A stretch of 64,000 nucleotides of DNA from Candidatus Poribacteria bacterium (lineage in GTDB: Bacteria; Poribacteria; WGA-4E; WGA-3G). A program made the translations under genes and the position numbers. The notes below the pieces were generated by a model. The model was given only the letters and a program-made list of their open reading frames with translations, was not told where the DNA came from and made no database searches. The DNA lies in NCBI GenBank assembly GCA_965205025.1, contig CBDBFU010000004.1, positions 89,453-153,452 of the forward strand. Reading direction: 5' to 3'. Positions 20,759 through 30,706 of the stretch are shown here, piece after piece (the first letter of the stretch is position 1; the number at the start of each line of letters is the position of its first letter).

Positions 20759-23227
20759 ATGCACCATCCGATGTCTGGTCACTCTGGTCGTGGTCGATCT
20801 TCACGGATGAGCTCCTATGGTGGAAAATCGCGGTTCAAGAAAAATGGTGATAATCCATTAAATACAAAAGAAGAAGTGCCTGAACTACTCGAAAAACAGG
20901 CGACAGAACTACTTGATAATGGGGAGGAAATAAAAGTAGCTGTTTCAACCGACTTGCGTTTTGACAGCACTTATGGAAAAGACTGGTTATTAATTACTGA
21001 AAAACGGATCATCGCATTTAATCAGAACGGAGTTATAGGTCATAACATCAAGGAAGTTTCTTTAGATTCTGTAGAAGATATTGAAATCCTTGAGATGTAT
21101 GGTAATAATATTCTCAAAATTATTACAACCGATAATGCAATTGAATTAGCTCGGTATTCAAAAAAATTAACACAGAAGTTTAATCTTGCCGTTAATGAAT
21201 TAGAAGAACTATCACAGAATGGTAGAAGTTCTACTGATAAAAACGAAGGACGGGGTCCAAGTGGAAGACGTGGTCGACGTCGTCCAGGTGGGAAACCAGG
21301 AGCTGATAAGAGTCGGTGTGATAAATGCGGACAACCCATCCCCAGTTGGTCTGGTATCTGTGTCAACTGTGTTCAAAATAGTAAGTTAATTTTCAGGCTC
21401 CTCAAGTATTCATTTCCGTATCTACACGTAATCATCCCTGCTTTATTATTGATCTTAGTCATTAGGTTCGTCACCTTATACACACCAGTACTGAGCCAAC
21501 AGTTAATAGATCATATTTTAATCCCTGTAGGAAATGCTGTTTCTAATAACCAACCCTTACCTGAAACCACTTGGGGACCTCTCCAAGGCACTGTGGACAT
21601 GTTAAGTGGTTGGTTCGGACCTATGCCTGCGGGTGGTTCCTTTGGACATCTTATCGGTATTGTGTTACTTATGGCTTCCATTCGCTTATTTTCTATGGTC
21701 ACCTCGTCTATTCGTGGATATATGATGGCATGGGTTGGACAAAATGTCACAAGGCGTCTTCAAAATGAAGCCTATGAACATTTAAATACCCTTTCAATTG
21801 ATTTCTTTCAGGAACGGGATACTGGAAACTTGATGTCCAGAATCACCAGCGATGTTTCCAGACTTAGAGACTTCATTTCAAACGGACTTCAAGATATAAT
21901 CGGGGATTCACTAACTCTCATCTATATGTGTATTTTTATGTTCTATGTCAATTGGTATCTGGCATTTTGGACATTGATACCAATACCGTGTTTAGTATTC
22001 TTCACCATCTTTTTTGGAAAGAAGTTGAGTAAAGTATATAGTGTTTTATGGAAAAGGTATGCTAATATTAGTTCCATTCTTGCCAGTACTATTCCTGGCG
22101 TCAGGGTTGTCAAAGCATTTGCTCGTGAACGTTATGAAATTAGTCGATTTAGTGATCTGACCCACCAAGTATTTTCTGGGGAAATGAACGCAGCCAAACT
22201 TGGTACTCTTTTTCGGCCAATCATGGAGTTTATCACCTATTCTGGTTCTATAATAATCTGGTTGATTGGTGGATGGCTGATATTTCAAGATGATATCACA
22301 TTGGGTACTCTGTTTATGTTTCAATCCTACATGATGCAGTTCTTTGGACCAGTACGAACATTATGCCAAATGAATGAAAGGTTCATTAGAGCAGGAACTT
22401 CGGCAGAGCGGGTCTTTGATATATTGGATACCCCACCAAGTGTGGCAGATAAGCAAGATGCTGTAGCATTAACAAATATCAAAGGTGATATTCAATTTAG
22501 AGATGTTTACTTTACTTATGATAATGAGAAAAATGCCCTTAACGGTGTTAGTTTTGATGTCGATGCTGGTGAAATGATCGGTTTAGTCGGTCATAGTGGA
22601 GCAGGTAAGAGTACACTGATAAATTTGATAACACGGTTCTACGATCCCAACCAAGGATCAATTATTATAGATGGACACGACAGTAAAGATATTCGAGTTA
22701 AAGCACTCCGACAACAGGTTGGTGTGGTACTACAAGATCCTTTCCTATTTGAAGGAACTATAGCAGAGAATATAGGATATTCCAAACCGGGAGCATCACG
22801 ATATGAGATTATTGCCGCAGCTAAAGCAGCAAATGCTCACGATTTTATTGTTAAATTCCCAGATGGTTACGATACGATGGTTGGTGAACGCGGGGCTCGT
22901 GTCTCTGGTGGTGAACGCCAAAGGATTTCCATTGCACGTGCTATCTTGAAGAATCCGCGTATCCTAATATTAGATGAAGCAACATCTTCAGTTGATACAG
23001 AAACTGAGTCGAAAATACAAGAAGCGTTGGAAAGACTCGTCCAAGGTAGAACAGTATTTGCTATAGCACATAGACTATCTACACTTAAATATGCTGACCG
23101 TCTTGTTGTATTAAAAGAGGGTGAGGTAGACGAAATTGGCACACATGAAGAACTGATTACACAGGGTGGTACCTATGCTGGATTGTGTGAAAAACAGACT
23201 GAATTATCCAAGATCCGTGCTTGGTAA
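20759..23227 (+). CDS. ABC exporter, fused permease/ATPase with N-terminal extension and CxxC...CxxC motif
   Basis: GHSGAGKST, VSGGERQRISIARA, ILDEATSSVD, IAHRLST; TM domain; CDKCG...CVNC upstream of the TM helices. Confidence 0.92.
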   Translation: MHHPMSGHSGRGRSSRMSSYGGKSRFKKNGDNPLNTKEEVPELLEKQATELLDNGEEIKVAVSTDLRFDSTYGKDWLLITEKRIIAFNQNGVIGHNIKEVSLDSVEDIEILEMYGNNILKIITTDNAIELARYSKKLTQKFNLAVNELEELSQNGRSSTDKNEGRGPSGRRGRRRPGGKPGADKSRCDKCGQPIPSWSGICVNCVQNSKLIFRLLKYSFPYLHVIIPALLLILVIRFVTLYTPVLSQQLIDHILIPVGNAVSNNQPLPETTWGPLQGTVDMLSGWFGPMPAGGSFGHLIGIVLLMASIRLFSMVTSSIRGYMMAWVGQNVTRRLQNEAYEHLNTLSIDFFQERDTGNLMSRITSDVSRLRDFISNGLQDIIGDSLTLIYMCIFMFYVNWYLAFWTLIPIPCLVFFTIFFGKKLSKVYSVLWKRYANISSILASTIPGVRVVKAFARERYEISRFSDLTHQVFSGEMNAAKLGTLFRPIMEFITYSGSIIIWLIGGWLIFQDDITLGTLFMFQSYMMQFFGPVRTLCQMNERFIRAGTSAERVFDILDTPPSVADKQDAVALTNIKGDIQFRDVYFTYDNEKNALNGVSFDVDAGEMIGLVGHSGAGKSTLINLITRFYDPNQGSIIIDGHDSKDIRVKALRQQVGVVLQDPFLFEGTIAENIGYSKPGASRYEIIAAAKAANAHDFIVKFPDGYDTMVGERGARVSGGERQRISIARAILKNPRILILDEATSSVDTETESKIQEALERLVQGRTVFAIAHRLSTLKYADRLVVLKEGEVDEIGTHEELITQGGTYAGLCEKQTELSKIRAW

Positions 23228-23282
23228 ATAACGTTTAATTTCTGTAGTTTTGTGATAATAGGATTTCATTAGGAGTTAAGCA

Positions 23283-23792
23283 ATGCGGGAAGCAATAAAA
23301 GTCACTGATGACTTAATATTTCTTGATGCAAATACGATTAGCATACAACGTAATGCATTTGGAGAAATTGTTGTTCAGTTACCCGATGGATATACACATA
23401 CCAAGGTTGAGCCGATACGTAGTTTTCCTGTAAGTGAAACAACCAGGTATATAGCACTTATTGACAGTGAGGGTGAGGAAATTGGCATAATTGAGGATCT
23501 GAGAAACTTACCTGCTAAGTCCCGTGAAATACTTGCGGAAGAGTTACAGAAACGGTATTTTATGCCAAAAATTACAAAAATTAATTCGATTGAAGGACAA
23601 TACGGGGTGACGCATTGGAATGTTGAAACTTCTCAAGGAGATGTTGAATTCGGTATGCGTACACGGTACGATATTGTAACTCTTGAAAATGGACGTGTAC
23701 TCATTAAGGATGCTGATGGAAATAGGTTTGAAATTGAGAATTATGAGAAATTAGATCCAAAAAGTTATGCGTTACTTCAAACACAGATATAG
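23283..23792 (+). CDS. DUF1854 domain protein
   Basis: VEPIRSFPVS, EIGIIEDL, LAEELQKRYFMPKI, WNVETSQG, LIKDADGNRF; DUF1854 is the usual partner of this ABC exporter type. Confidence 0.85.
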   Translation: MREAIKVTDDLIFLDANTISIQRNAFGEIVVQLPDGYTHTKVEPIRSFPVSETTRYIALIDSEGEEIGIIEDLRNLPAKSREILAEELQKRYFMPKITKINSIEGQYGVTHWNVETSQGDVEFGMRTRYDIVTLENGRVLIKDADGNRFEIENYEKLDPKSYALLQTQI

Positions 23793-23868
23793 CTGCTATA
23801 AAACTGCATATTTCTTCTTTAGAATCAGAATAAAATTCACATAATTTGTAGCGATAAGGAGACCAAAG

Positions 23869-24993
23869 TTGGATAATGTAAAGATTGAACGGATTGAATG
23901 GGCGCGTCTAACAGGTGAACGTCCCCGTAAGGCAGGTTGCAACTCGCGTCTCGGTGAACATGGTTTGCATGTAAGACCACCGATTGCAAGAATAACTACC
24001 TCTGACGGGATATCTGGTATAGGGTTTTCATCTATCTCCCGTGATAAAGCAGAAGCTATAGTTGGATTTCAATTGACTGAAGCATTCGATCCTGAAAATG
24101 GAGTTTCAGAAGATTATCAATTTATGGAATACCCTATATGGGATTTGGTTGGACAGTTACAACAAAAACCTGTATACGAAATGTTGTCCAATGGGAACGG
24201 TGACTTTAAAGTACGGTGCTATGATACCTCTCTCTACATTGATGACCTACACATAGACGATAATAAAGAAGCAGCTGCTCTAATTGCCTCCGAAGCACTT
24301 GAAGGAAAAGCGCGAGGACATAATGCATATAAGATCAAGGTCGGTCGCGGGGCAATGCACATGCCTCTGGAGAAAGGGAACCAGCGGGATATAGATGTTA
24401 TTAATGCAGTACGTGAAGCAGTGGGATCTGATGCAACTATTCTTATAGATGCCAACAACGGATATAATCTAAATATCACGAAACAGATATTAGGTGAAAC
24501 AGCGGAGGCAAACGTATATTGGATGGAGGAAGCATTCCATGAAGATGCACGGGTATACTCACTCTTAAAAGAATGGTTAAATGCCGAAGGAATAAAGACC
24601 AAGATTGCGGATGGAGAAGGTAGTGCATCTCCACATTTAGTTAATTGGGCAAAAGACGGTATTGTTGATATTCTACAATACGATATATTCCATCCAGGAT
24701 TTACACGATGGTTAGAATTAGGTCCCGAATTAGATGCAGTAAATGTGGGAACAGCACCTCATCATTATGGTGGATATTACGGTAATTTCGTTACTGGACA
24801 TCTCGCAGCTAAAGTTGAGAAGTTTGAGTTTGTTGAATGGGATCATGCAACAACTCCTGGAATAGATGATTCAGCATATACTATAGAAAACGGATTTATT
24901 AATGTGCCAAACCTACCTGGGTTTGGCTTGAGTATTGATGAAGACCCATATCAAGAAGCAGTTAAAGAAAACGGTTTCACAGTAAATTTATAA
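23869..24993 (+). CDS. mandelate racemase/enolase superfamily protein
   Basis: KIKVGRG (KxK), IDANNGY, WMEEAF, ADGE, PNLPGFG. Confidence 0.85.
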   Translation: MDNVKIERIEWARLTGERPRKAGCNSRLGEHGLHVRPPIARITTSDGISGIGFSSISRDKAEAIVGFQLTEAFDPENGVSEDYQFMEYPIWDLVGQLQQKPVYEMLSNGNGDFKVRCYDTSLYIDDLHIDDNKEAAALIASEALEGKARGHNAYKIKVGRGAMHMPLEKGNQRDIDVINAVREAVGSDATILIDANNGYNLNITKQILGETAEANVYWMEEAFHEDARVYSLLKEWLNAEGIKTKIADGEGSASPHLVNWAKDGIVDILQYDIFHPGFTRWLELGPELDAVNVGTAPHHYGGYYGNFVTGHLAAKVEKFEFVEWDHATTPGIDDSAYTIENGFINVPNLPGFGLSIDEDPYQEAVKENGFTVNL

Positions 24994-25007
24994 TAAAGGA
25001 ATACATA

Positions 25008-25745
25008 ATGCCATTATTGACTGATGCTGATAAAGATTTTTTCAAAGAAAACGGTTATCTTGTTGTCCGCGGTGCACTTACTCAAGATCAGATTGATGCC
25101 GCATTGGATAAAGTTTGGGATTCCCTTGAAGAAGATAGAAATGATCCTGAATCTTGGATTAAGAAGGGATATCGTACGGCTCCAGTAGGTGGAGATGAAG
25201 CTATCAAAGGAACTGTCTATGGAAACAACGTCTTCACTATGGCTGAAGAGATGGTGGGTGAAGGTAAACTACATCCCGATGGTGGTGCTGGTCCTCACAT
25301 TAATTTTCCTGATCCTGATAGAGAGTGGAGTCAGCCGATGGGACACTTAGACGGATACCATACCCCTTCAAATGGAGTTCCAAAAGGGGTTGTCGGTGCA
25401 TTTACACTTGCTGCTACAGTTTATATTGATAAAGTAGAAAAACAGGGTGGTGGTTTTACCATCTGGCCAGGAAGTCATAAAATCTGGGCAGAATACTTTA
25501 GACACCATGACCTTGATAGCCTTCCGGGTGGTGTTGCTCCGTTTGATCTCGGTCCAAGTTATGAATTCACAGGTGAAGCAGGGGACGTCTGTTTTTGGCA
25601 TCACCAAATGAGTCATACAGCAGGACCAAACTGTGGACGTAATGTGAGAATCGCTCTTATCACAAGATATCGTAGGAAAGATTTAGACGATATTAGATTT
25701 GAGACTCCTGAGGATATGTGGAAATATTGGGATGGGTTATCATAG
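25008..25745 (+). CDS. phytanoyl-CoA dioxygenase (PhyH) family Fe(II)/2OG enzyme
   Basis: FFKENGYLVV, canonical HxD (GHLDG), WPGSH, AGDVCFWHHQMSH, R of RIALI. Confidence 0.85.
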   Translation: MPLLTDADKDFFKENGYLVVRGALTQDQIDAALDKVWDSLEEDRNDPESWIKKGYRTAPVGGDEAIKGTVYGNNVFTMAEEMVGEGKLHPDGGAGPHINFPDPDREWSQPMGHLDGYHTPSNGVPKGVVGAFTLAATVYIDKVEKQGGGFTIWPGSHKIWAEYFRHHDLDSLPGGVAPFDLGPSYEFTGEAGDVCFWHHQMSHTAGPNCGRNVRIALITRYRRKDLDDIRFETPEDMWKYWDGLS

Positions 25746-25993
25746 ACTCAGATCCGACAGATTGATTTCTTGACGAATACATCACGCTTACTCGGAGTTA
25801 CAATGTTTAAACACACCTCAATCACACTGTTTCCTATCTAATAATCCTTCTCTCTAAACTCTTGATACCACAAACGCTATTCATACCTCCAAAGTAAGAT
25901 AAAAGATCTAATTATGTTAGAGGTATTGATAATGTGAATGGAGAAAGGTGTTAATATCTGTTGTTCTGTGATGTTTTCACTTTCACGGAAACC

Positions 25994-26179
25994 TTCACGG
26001 AGCAATTTTACGAACCCTTATTCATGAAGATTAATTTACTAATTCGGTAACTTTCCTGTAAAGTCCGGTACGGTTAGGAAACCGCACCTACCGGGTTTGG
26101 GAAAGTAGAATTACCGAAATATTTACTTAATCCTCATCTATAAGGGTTTATAATTTTAATGATACCTATTCTCCGTGAA
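25994..26179. repeat. nested inverted-repeat element around a GTAG-type REP-like palindrome
   Basis: Paired arms TTCACGGAG/CTCCGTGAA, AACCCTTA/TAAGGGTT, TTCGGTAA/TTACCGAA, CTTTCC/GGAAAG around a minus-strand core GTAGGTGCGGTTTCCTAACCGTACC (26091-26067). Confidence 0.75.
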
Positions 26180-26252
26180 TCACATTCGTTAATAATATTA
26201 TAACTTAAGTGTGTATTAAGTGCTTATATGTTTTTCATACGAAGTGTATTGT

Positions 26253-26325
26253 GACATAGCACTCCGCTGGAGTGCCAGACTGTTCCGATATTGTTTTCTA
26301 TAGACATAGTACTCCGCTGGAGTAC
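26253..26325 (+). repeat. two direct copies of a 23-bp hairpin unit, 50-bp period
   Basis: GACATAGCACTCCGCTGGAGTGC (26253-75) and GACATAGTACTCCGCTGGAGTAC (26303-25). Confidence 0.8.
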
Positions 26326-26787
26326 TGTATTCTTGATATTGCAAACTCCAAAAAATAGACTTATCATTAGATTCTCAGTTGCTCCCTGAAATGGAATTGT
26401 CAAAATTATAGTAGTGAAGAATAATCTGTAATTCTCGAAATTCAGACTGGATGAATTGGAATTGAGATTTCATTGGTGTTAAGTAAAGTTCTTAGCATGA
26501 AATTCCCTATCTTGTGTTTGGATTCGCAGATAACACATATTTCACGTATTAGATCGGTATCATTTTGACATTATTTCACTTTTAGGCTTTGTATAAAATT
26601 GGCATATATTGGTTTTGAGGATACTCTTCAATATCTGACATTTATGATTGTTAAAAAAGCATCAAACCAGATATTTAATCCTAATATACCAACTAAAAAC
26701 ATTGTATAAAAACAGACATTTAATCCTAAATACTTAGACGGTAGATCGTGTTGTTGCATTTCTCTATGCATCGAAAACATGAAAAAA

Positions 26788-26814
26788 GTTACACTTTTCG
26801 TTACATGGTGTAAC
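26788..26814 (-). repeat. 27-bp dyad motif, copy 1 (inverted)
   Basis: Reverse complement is GTTACACCATGTAACGAAAAGTGTAAC, identical to 28245-28271. Confidence 0.9.
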
Positions 26815-27034
26815 GTTGAAATTGGTGTGATTTACCCCTATAACCCCTGTCATAGACTGACTTTACACCACTTTGAATTGACTTTATAAGAAATTCGAAA
26901 AAATGTGATTTTGTGTTATTGTTGTGCTTCCTGATTTTGAGATTCCCAACGGTTAAAAAGGTATGCTTTTTTGACGTATATGAAATTTTGTAATTAGGAT
27001 CGTTTTTATAAATTGTCATTAGTTCAGCAATTTT

Positions 27035-27135
27035 CAATATTAAATATGCATATTGTGCGTCAATGACGGGCGGGGAAACCCCGCCCCTACGGGTTGAACA
27101 CCTATCGAAAATCACAAGATTATTATTTAATATTG
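27035..27135. repeat. GTAG-type REP-like palindrome with flanking inverted arms
   Basis: Minus-strand GTAGGGGCGGGGTTTCCCCGCCC (27090-27068), flanked by CAATATTAAATA / TATTTAATATTG. Confidence 0.75.
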
Positions 27136-27146
27136 CTTAGTCATGT

Positions 27147-27602
27147 CTATATGTGACTAATAGCACCGATAGAACCGAGATGCTGTGTGATTTGCTCAAT
27201 AACAATAGGTTCAGGTTTTTGCGGAAGTATTTTTAATGTTTCCTCTAAATACTTCATAGCTCGGAATCTTGCTTTCAAATCTAATACGCTACACGCCGTG
27301 TTTTTAAACCGAAATGTTTTTACCATTTTCGTACTCACATTTACCATAAACAAGGATAAGTTCACTGCATTATTCACAGGTGTTTTTTTTACATTCATAA
27401 AATCTTCCAACCCCAACACTGTAATGAGATGTAGACCATTTTGTTTTACCATTTGTAAAGCATAATTGTGTCCGAAAAAACCATCAAGAACAAAATAACG
27501 GACTTTGATACGATTGTTCATCTGTTGGAGAAATGACTTGACCAGTGTTTGAAGTTGTTTCAAAGTATTGCTGTACATAACATCCTTCCCCCACAAGATC
27601 AT
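27147..27602 (-). pseudogene. DDE transposase remnant (IS4/IS701-like), internally deleted
   Basis: YFVLDGFFGHNYALQMVKQNGLHLI is joined directly to GLEDFMNVKKTPVNNAVNLSLFMVN...SVLDLKARFR. The N-terminal part and the segment carrying the catalytic Glu appear to be missing. Confidence 0.7.
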
Positions 27603-28244
27603 AATAAAAATAATGAATTAACACATAGAAAAATTCAACTTAAACACAACAACCAAAAAATAACTGAAAAATATTGAAGAAAACCAAACCATAAATCAAC
27701 TAAAGACATGAAATAATATTAGACTTGACACAGCTATTTTTATTATGTTACTATATATATCACAGTAAAATCAGGCTGAAATGTATCCACGAAAGTATTG
27801 CAACTGTTGTAAAAAAGAAATTAAAATCTCATACCCTTACAAACCTATACCAGAACAGGGTTTAGAACACTTCAAACAAGAACAGAGTATGAAATTTCAA
27901 AAAAAATAAAAAAAATTAACATTTTTTTAGGTATTTCTATAAAACCCGTTCTGGGACTAACTTTAGAGCAGTTTTAAACATTGCAAACTTAAAATTGTGT
28001 TGTAAAAATAAAACTATGGTGTATCTCATAAATATGAATCGTTATGCACATCAACAGAAAGAAGATAGAGCAAGAAATAGGAACATGAGAAATGACAATC
28101 CAAGATTTTCATAAAAATAGCGAATGGCTTCAGGGGTCAGGAAATTCAGGAAAACCAGAAAATGACACAAAACTCAAAATTCTAAAATTTCAAGAAAATT
28201 ATCATAAACCCAGTCCACTACAGGGATTAGAGCAATATTACAAA

Positions 28245-28271
28245 GTTACACCATGTAACGAAAAGTGTAAC
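28245..28271 (+). repeat. 27-bp dyad motif, copy 2
   Basis: GTTACACCATGTAACGAAAAGTGTAAC. Confidence 0.9.
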
Positions 28272-28331
28272 TTTTTCATTTTACTCTCTTTCGTTTTACT
28301 AAAGAGTATCACATTAATACAGTTCCTCTTC

Positions 28332-28354
28332 GTAGGGACGGGGTCTCTCCGTCC
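28332..28354 (+). repeat. GTAG-type REP-like palindrome
   Basis: GTAG-GGACG-GGGTCTCTC-CGTCC. Confidence 0.65.
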
Positions 28355-28595
28355 GTATTTTCGATATATTATACATGGCAAGAACAATGAATCCTCCAAA
28401 TTTATGATTTATGGGATATGTTCCCATATCTTGTCAAAATGGACGGTTAAGATATTTCACATTCATACGATCCGAAATGGATGGATTAGAAGAATAGAGA
28501 AAGACACAAGGTTCATCATTTTGTTAAATTATTGTACCCTTAAAAAAGTGGCTATAAACATAGTGTAGTACTGACGGGAGAGAGGTTTTACCAAT

Positions 28596-28622
28596 GTCAC
28601 ACCATGTGACAAAAAGTGTAAC
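28596..28622 (+). repeat. 27-bp dyad motif, copy 3 (variant)
   Basis: GTCACACCATGTGACAAAAAGTGTAAC, 24/27 identical to copy 2. Confidence 0.85.
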
Positions 28623-28862
28623 TTTATTAAACATATAGATAATATAAAATTTACTATTGTGAACAACTAAAATACAGAATTTACACAAGAATTACCCTTC
28701 GTTTAATATTATACATGGCGAAAAAAGAACCCTATGATTCCGTTATATTCATGCCAAAAACTTTACACACCCTACAAGTCTTTTAACTTGCGTAAACCCA
28801 TCCTAACATGTTATAGTTTAAGACTATACTCAGCATAGAAACATGACAAAAACGGTGTCTAA

Positions 28863-29921
28863 GTGGAGTTATCATTAGCCAATCCATACCTAACTCATCT
28901 ACAACCCCCACCAGCACACAGTTATCGATACAAACAGTGGTGTGCAAGGGGTTATCAACCCAATCTTCATCCCTTATCATCCGACAGTGAAATAGGCACT
29001 TTTATCGGACAAATGGGTTGGGTCGGAGCACATGCACACTCACACGATTATCTATGGGCATCAGCGGGGAATATGGGTGTGATATTGTCTGAGACAGTAG
29101 AGGAAAAATGTCTACTTACCTTTGAACAATCTCCTCGATATGCACTCCCTGAAGCAATTGTGGTTAAAGGATTAGCAGGAAGACATATCCTTTTGTCCAA
29201 ATCAGGTTCAAGATTGGATATGATTGGCATAGAACATCCTGCATTAAATCTCACCGTTATAGAAGTTGAACCAGATGGAACACATTACCGGATGCGGTTC
29301 GGTACACAAACACAAGAACAGTTGAATCATGCCAATTTAGAGGATTCGACTATAAAATGTGTCCCAACAAGCGAAATGTTCCACTATCTTCTTGTTTTTG
29401 AACAGTTAGAGAATGATGGATTCCAAGCATTAGTCCACTTGCAACCCAAGTTTTTAAACCTTATTTCCCGTACACAACATGGACACCCAGATAGATTTTA
29501 CAGTTTTCTGAGAGGATATGAACCCGAAACACCGATTATCTATGACACCTGTGGTGGGATAGGATTCGTACAAGAGAGAGTTCCAGGAATACCTGATTTA
29601 TCGTTTGAAAGTCTAAGGTTATTTGAAAATGGATCTGATCCCATGCGTTACATATTATATTGGATTGGACATGGAACATTCTCACGCGGGTTAGATCTTT
29701 TAGATGCATATAAACATGCCGAATATTTCGAAGCAGTGGCACGAATGGCTTGGGAGGCAAATCAAGGACAGGTTTCTGCTGAGGCATACAGCGAGGACAT
29801 AGTTGACTGTATCCTTCGTGAATTCAACGCAAGTCGTAATCAAGACTCAGTTGAACCCATAACACATATAGACCAAGACCAAGATGAAGAGATACCTCAG
29901 AATCTGTATAACTATCCATAA
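28863..29921 (+). CDS. class II aldolase, rhamnulose-1-phosphate aldolase-like, divergent
   Basis: WASAGNMG (cf. ERNGGN), PTSEM (cf. PTSEL), ALVHLQP (cf. IMHCHAT), GIGFVQERVPG, YWIGHGTF (cf. LWPFHGVF). Start uncertain. Confidence 0.7.
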   Translation: MELSLANPYLTHLQPPPAHSYRYKQWCARGYQPNLHPLSSDSEIGTFIGQMGWVGAHAHSHDYLWASAGNMGVILSETVEEKCLLTFEQSPRYALPEAIVVKGLAGRHILLSKSGSRLDMIGIEHPALNLTVIEVEPDGTHYRMRFGTQTQEQLNHANLEDSTIKCVPTSEMFHYLLVFEQLENDGFQALVHLQPKFLNLISRTQHGHPDRFYSFLRGYEPETPIIYDTCGGIGFVQERVPGIPDLSFESLRLFENGSDPMRYILYWIGHGTFSRGLDLLDAYKHAEYFEAVARMAWEANQGQVSAEAYSEDIVDCILREFNASRNQDSVEPITHIDQDQDEEIPQNLYNYP

Positions 29922-29997
29922 TAATTGAAGAATGTAATATTTAAATACACAAAATAGTCGTAAGAAACATATTTATATCTGATTTACCGAATATATG

Positions 29998-30112
29998 ATA
30001 CCATTTCTAATTGAAAATGTCTCTTTTTTGTACCACAAACTTTCAGTTTGTGACCTGAAAAATGACTACCATAATAACCGCCTAATGAGACAATAATTTA
30101 TAGAAGTGGTAT
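29998..30112 (+). repeat. 115-bp MITE/REP-like element, copy 1
   Basis: Terminal inverted repeats ATACCATTTCTA...TAGAAGTGGTAT; internal CACAAACT-TTC-AGTTTGTG hairpin; near-identical to 34578-34692. Confidence 0.85.
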
Positions 30113-30238
30113 GATATTGGTTATGACAGGAAAAAACACATATCGTTTAAACATCAAAACCAGAATATCGGTAACAGATTACATAAACAAAAAGATAGGA
30201 TATACATCTAAGTTTAAAATTGTCTAAGGAGATTGTTA

Positions 30239-30706
30239 ATGCGCGAAATAAAACCCTCTCAGATTGAAGAATCACAGGAGCAAGAAACTCCTCAACAACC
30301 GAACTTAGAATCATATCTACGCGATAATATTTTTGGTGATGATTTCCGGGCATATAATGAGAAAATAGAACAATTAACACAGGAACTTGAAGATACGCGA
30401 AAGAGTATCTCAGATGTCGAAGCAAGGCTTGTGAGTGAACTCTCAGAGGTGAAAGAACAACACGGGAATTTACCTGACAATATAGTACAACGGGTTGATA
30501 CACGCATTGATGAACTAATTAGTCGCAGCGAAAATGATCTTGATAAATTATCACAACTTATCAATGAGTTTGCTACTGATTTCCAAGCTCAGATTGAAGA
30601 ACTTAGAACAGAATCCAAAATGCTTCAAGAGAATAGTCAAGTAGACCGATATACGTTTGCTGATGCACTGATTAGAATCGGTACACAACTGAAGAATGAA
30701 GAATGA
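30239..30706 (+). CDS. hypothetical coiled-coil protein
   Basis: AAGGAG then ATG 30239; LRDNIFGDDFRAY, heptad-rich body, VDRYTFADAL; overlaps the next gene by ATGA. Confidence 0.75.
   Translation: MREIKPSQIEESQEQETPQQPNLESYLRDNIFGDDFRAYNEKIEQLTQELEDTRKSISDVEARLVSELSEVKEQHGNLPDNIVQRVDTRIDELISRSENDLDKLSQLINEFATDFQAQIEELRTESKMLQENSQVDRYTFADALIRIGTQLKNEE

Noticed and set aside
26253-26325. Possible mini CRISPR array (23-bp palindromic repeat, 27-bp spacer)
   Set aside because: Only two non-identical copies, no cas genes or leader; better explained as a REP-like doublet.
26370-26475. Short minus-strand ORF MKSQFQFIQSEFREL..., reminiscent of an HsdR N-terminus
   Set aside because: Only about 32 codons, and the resemblance is too short to support.
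26801-27115. 104-aa ORF
   Set aside because: Reads through the REP hairpin and dyad motif; no SD or recognisable domain.
28092-28568. 158-aa ORF
   Set aside because: Spans the dyad motif and a REP-like hairpin; composition looks like translated non-coding DNA.
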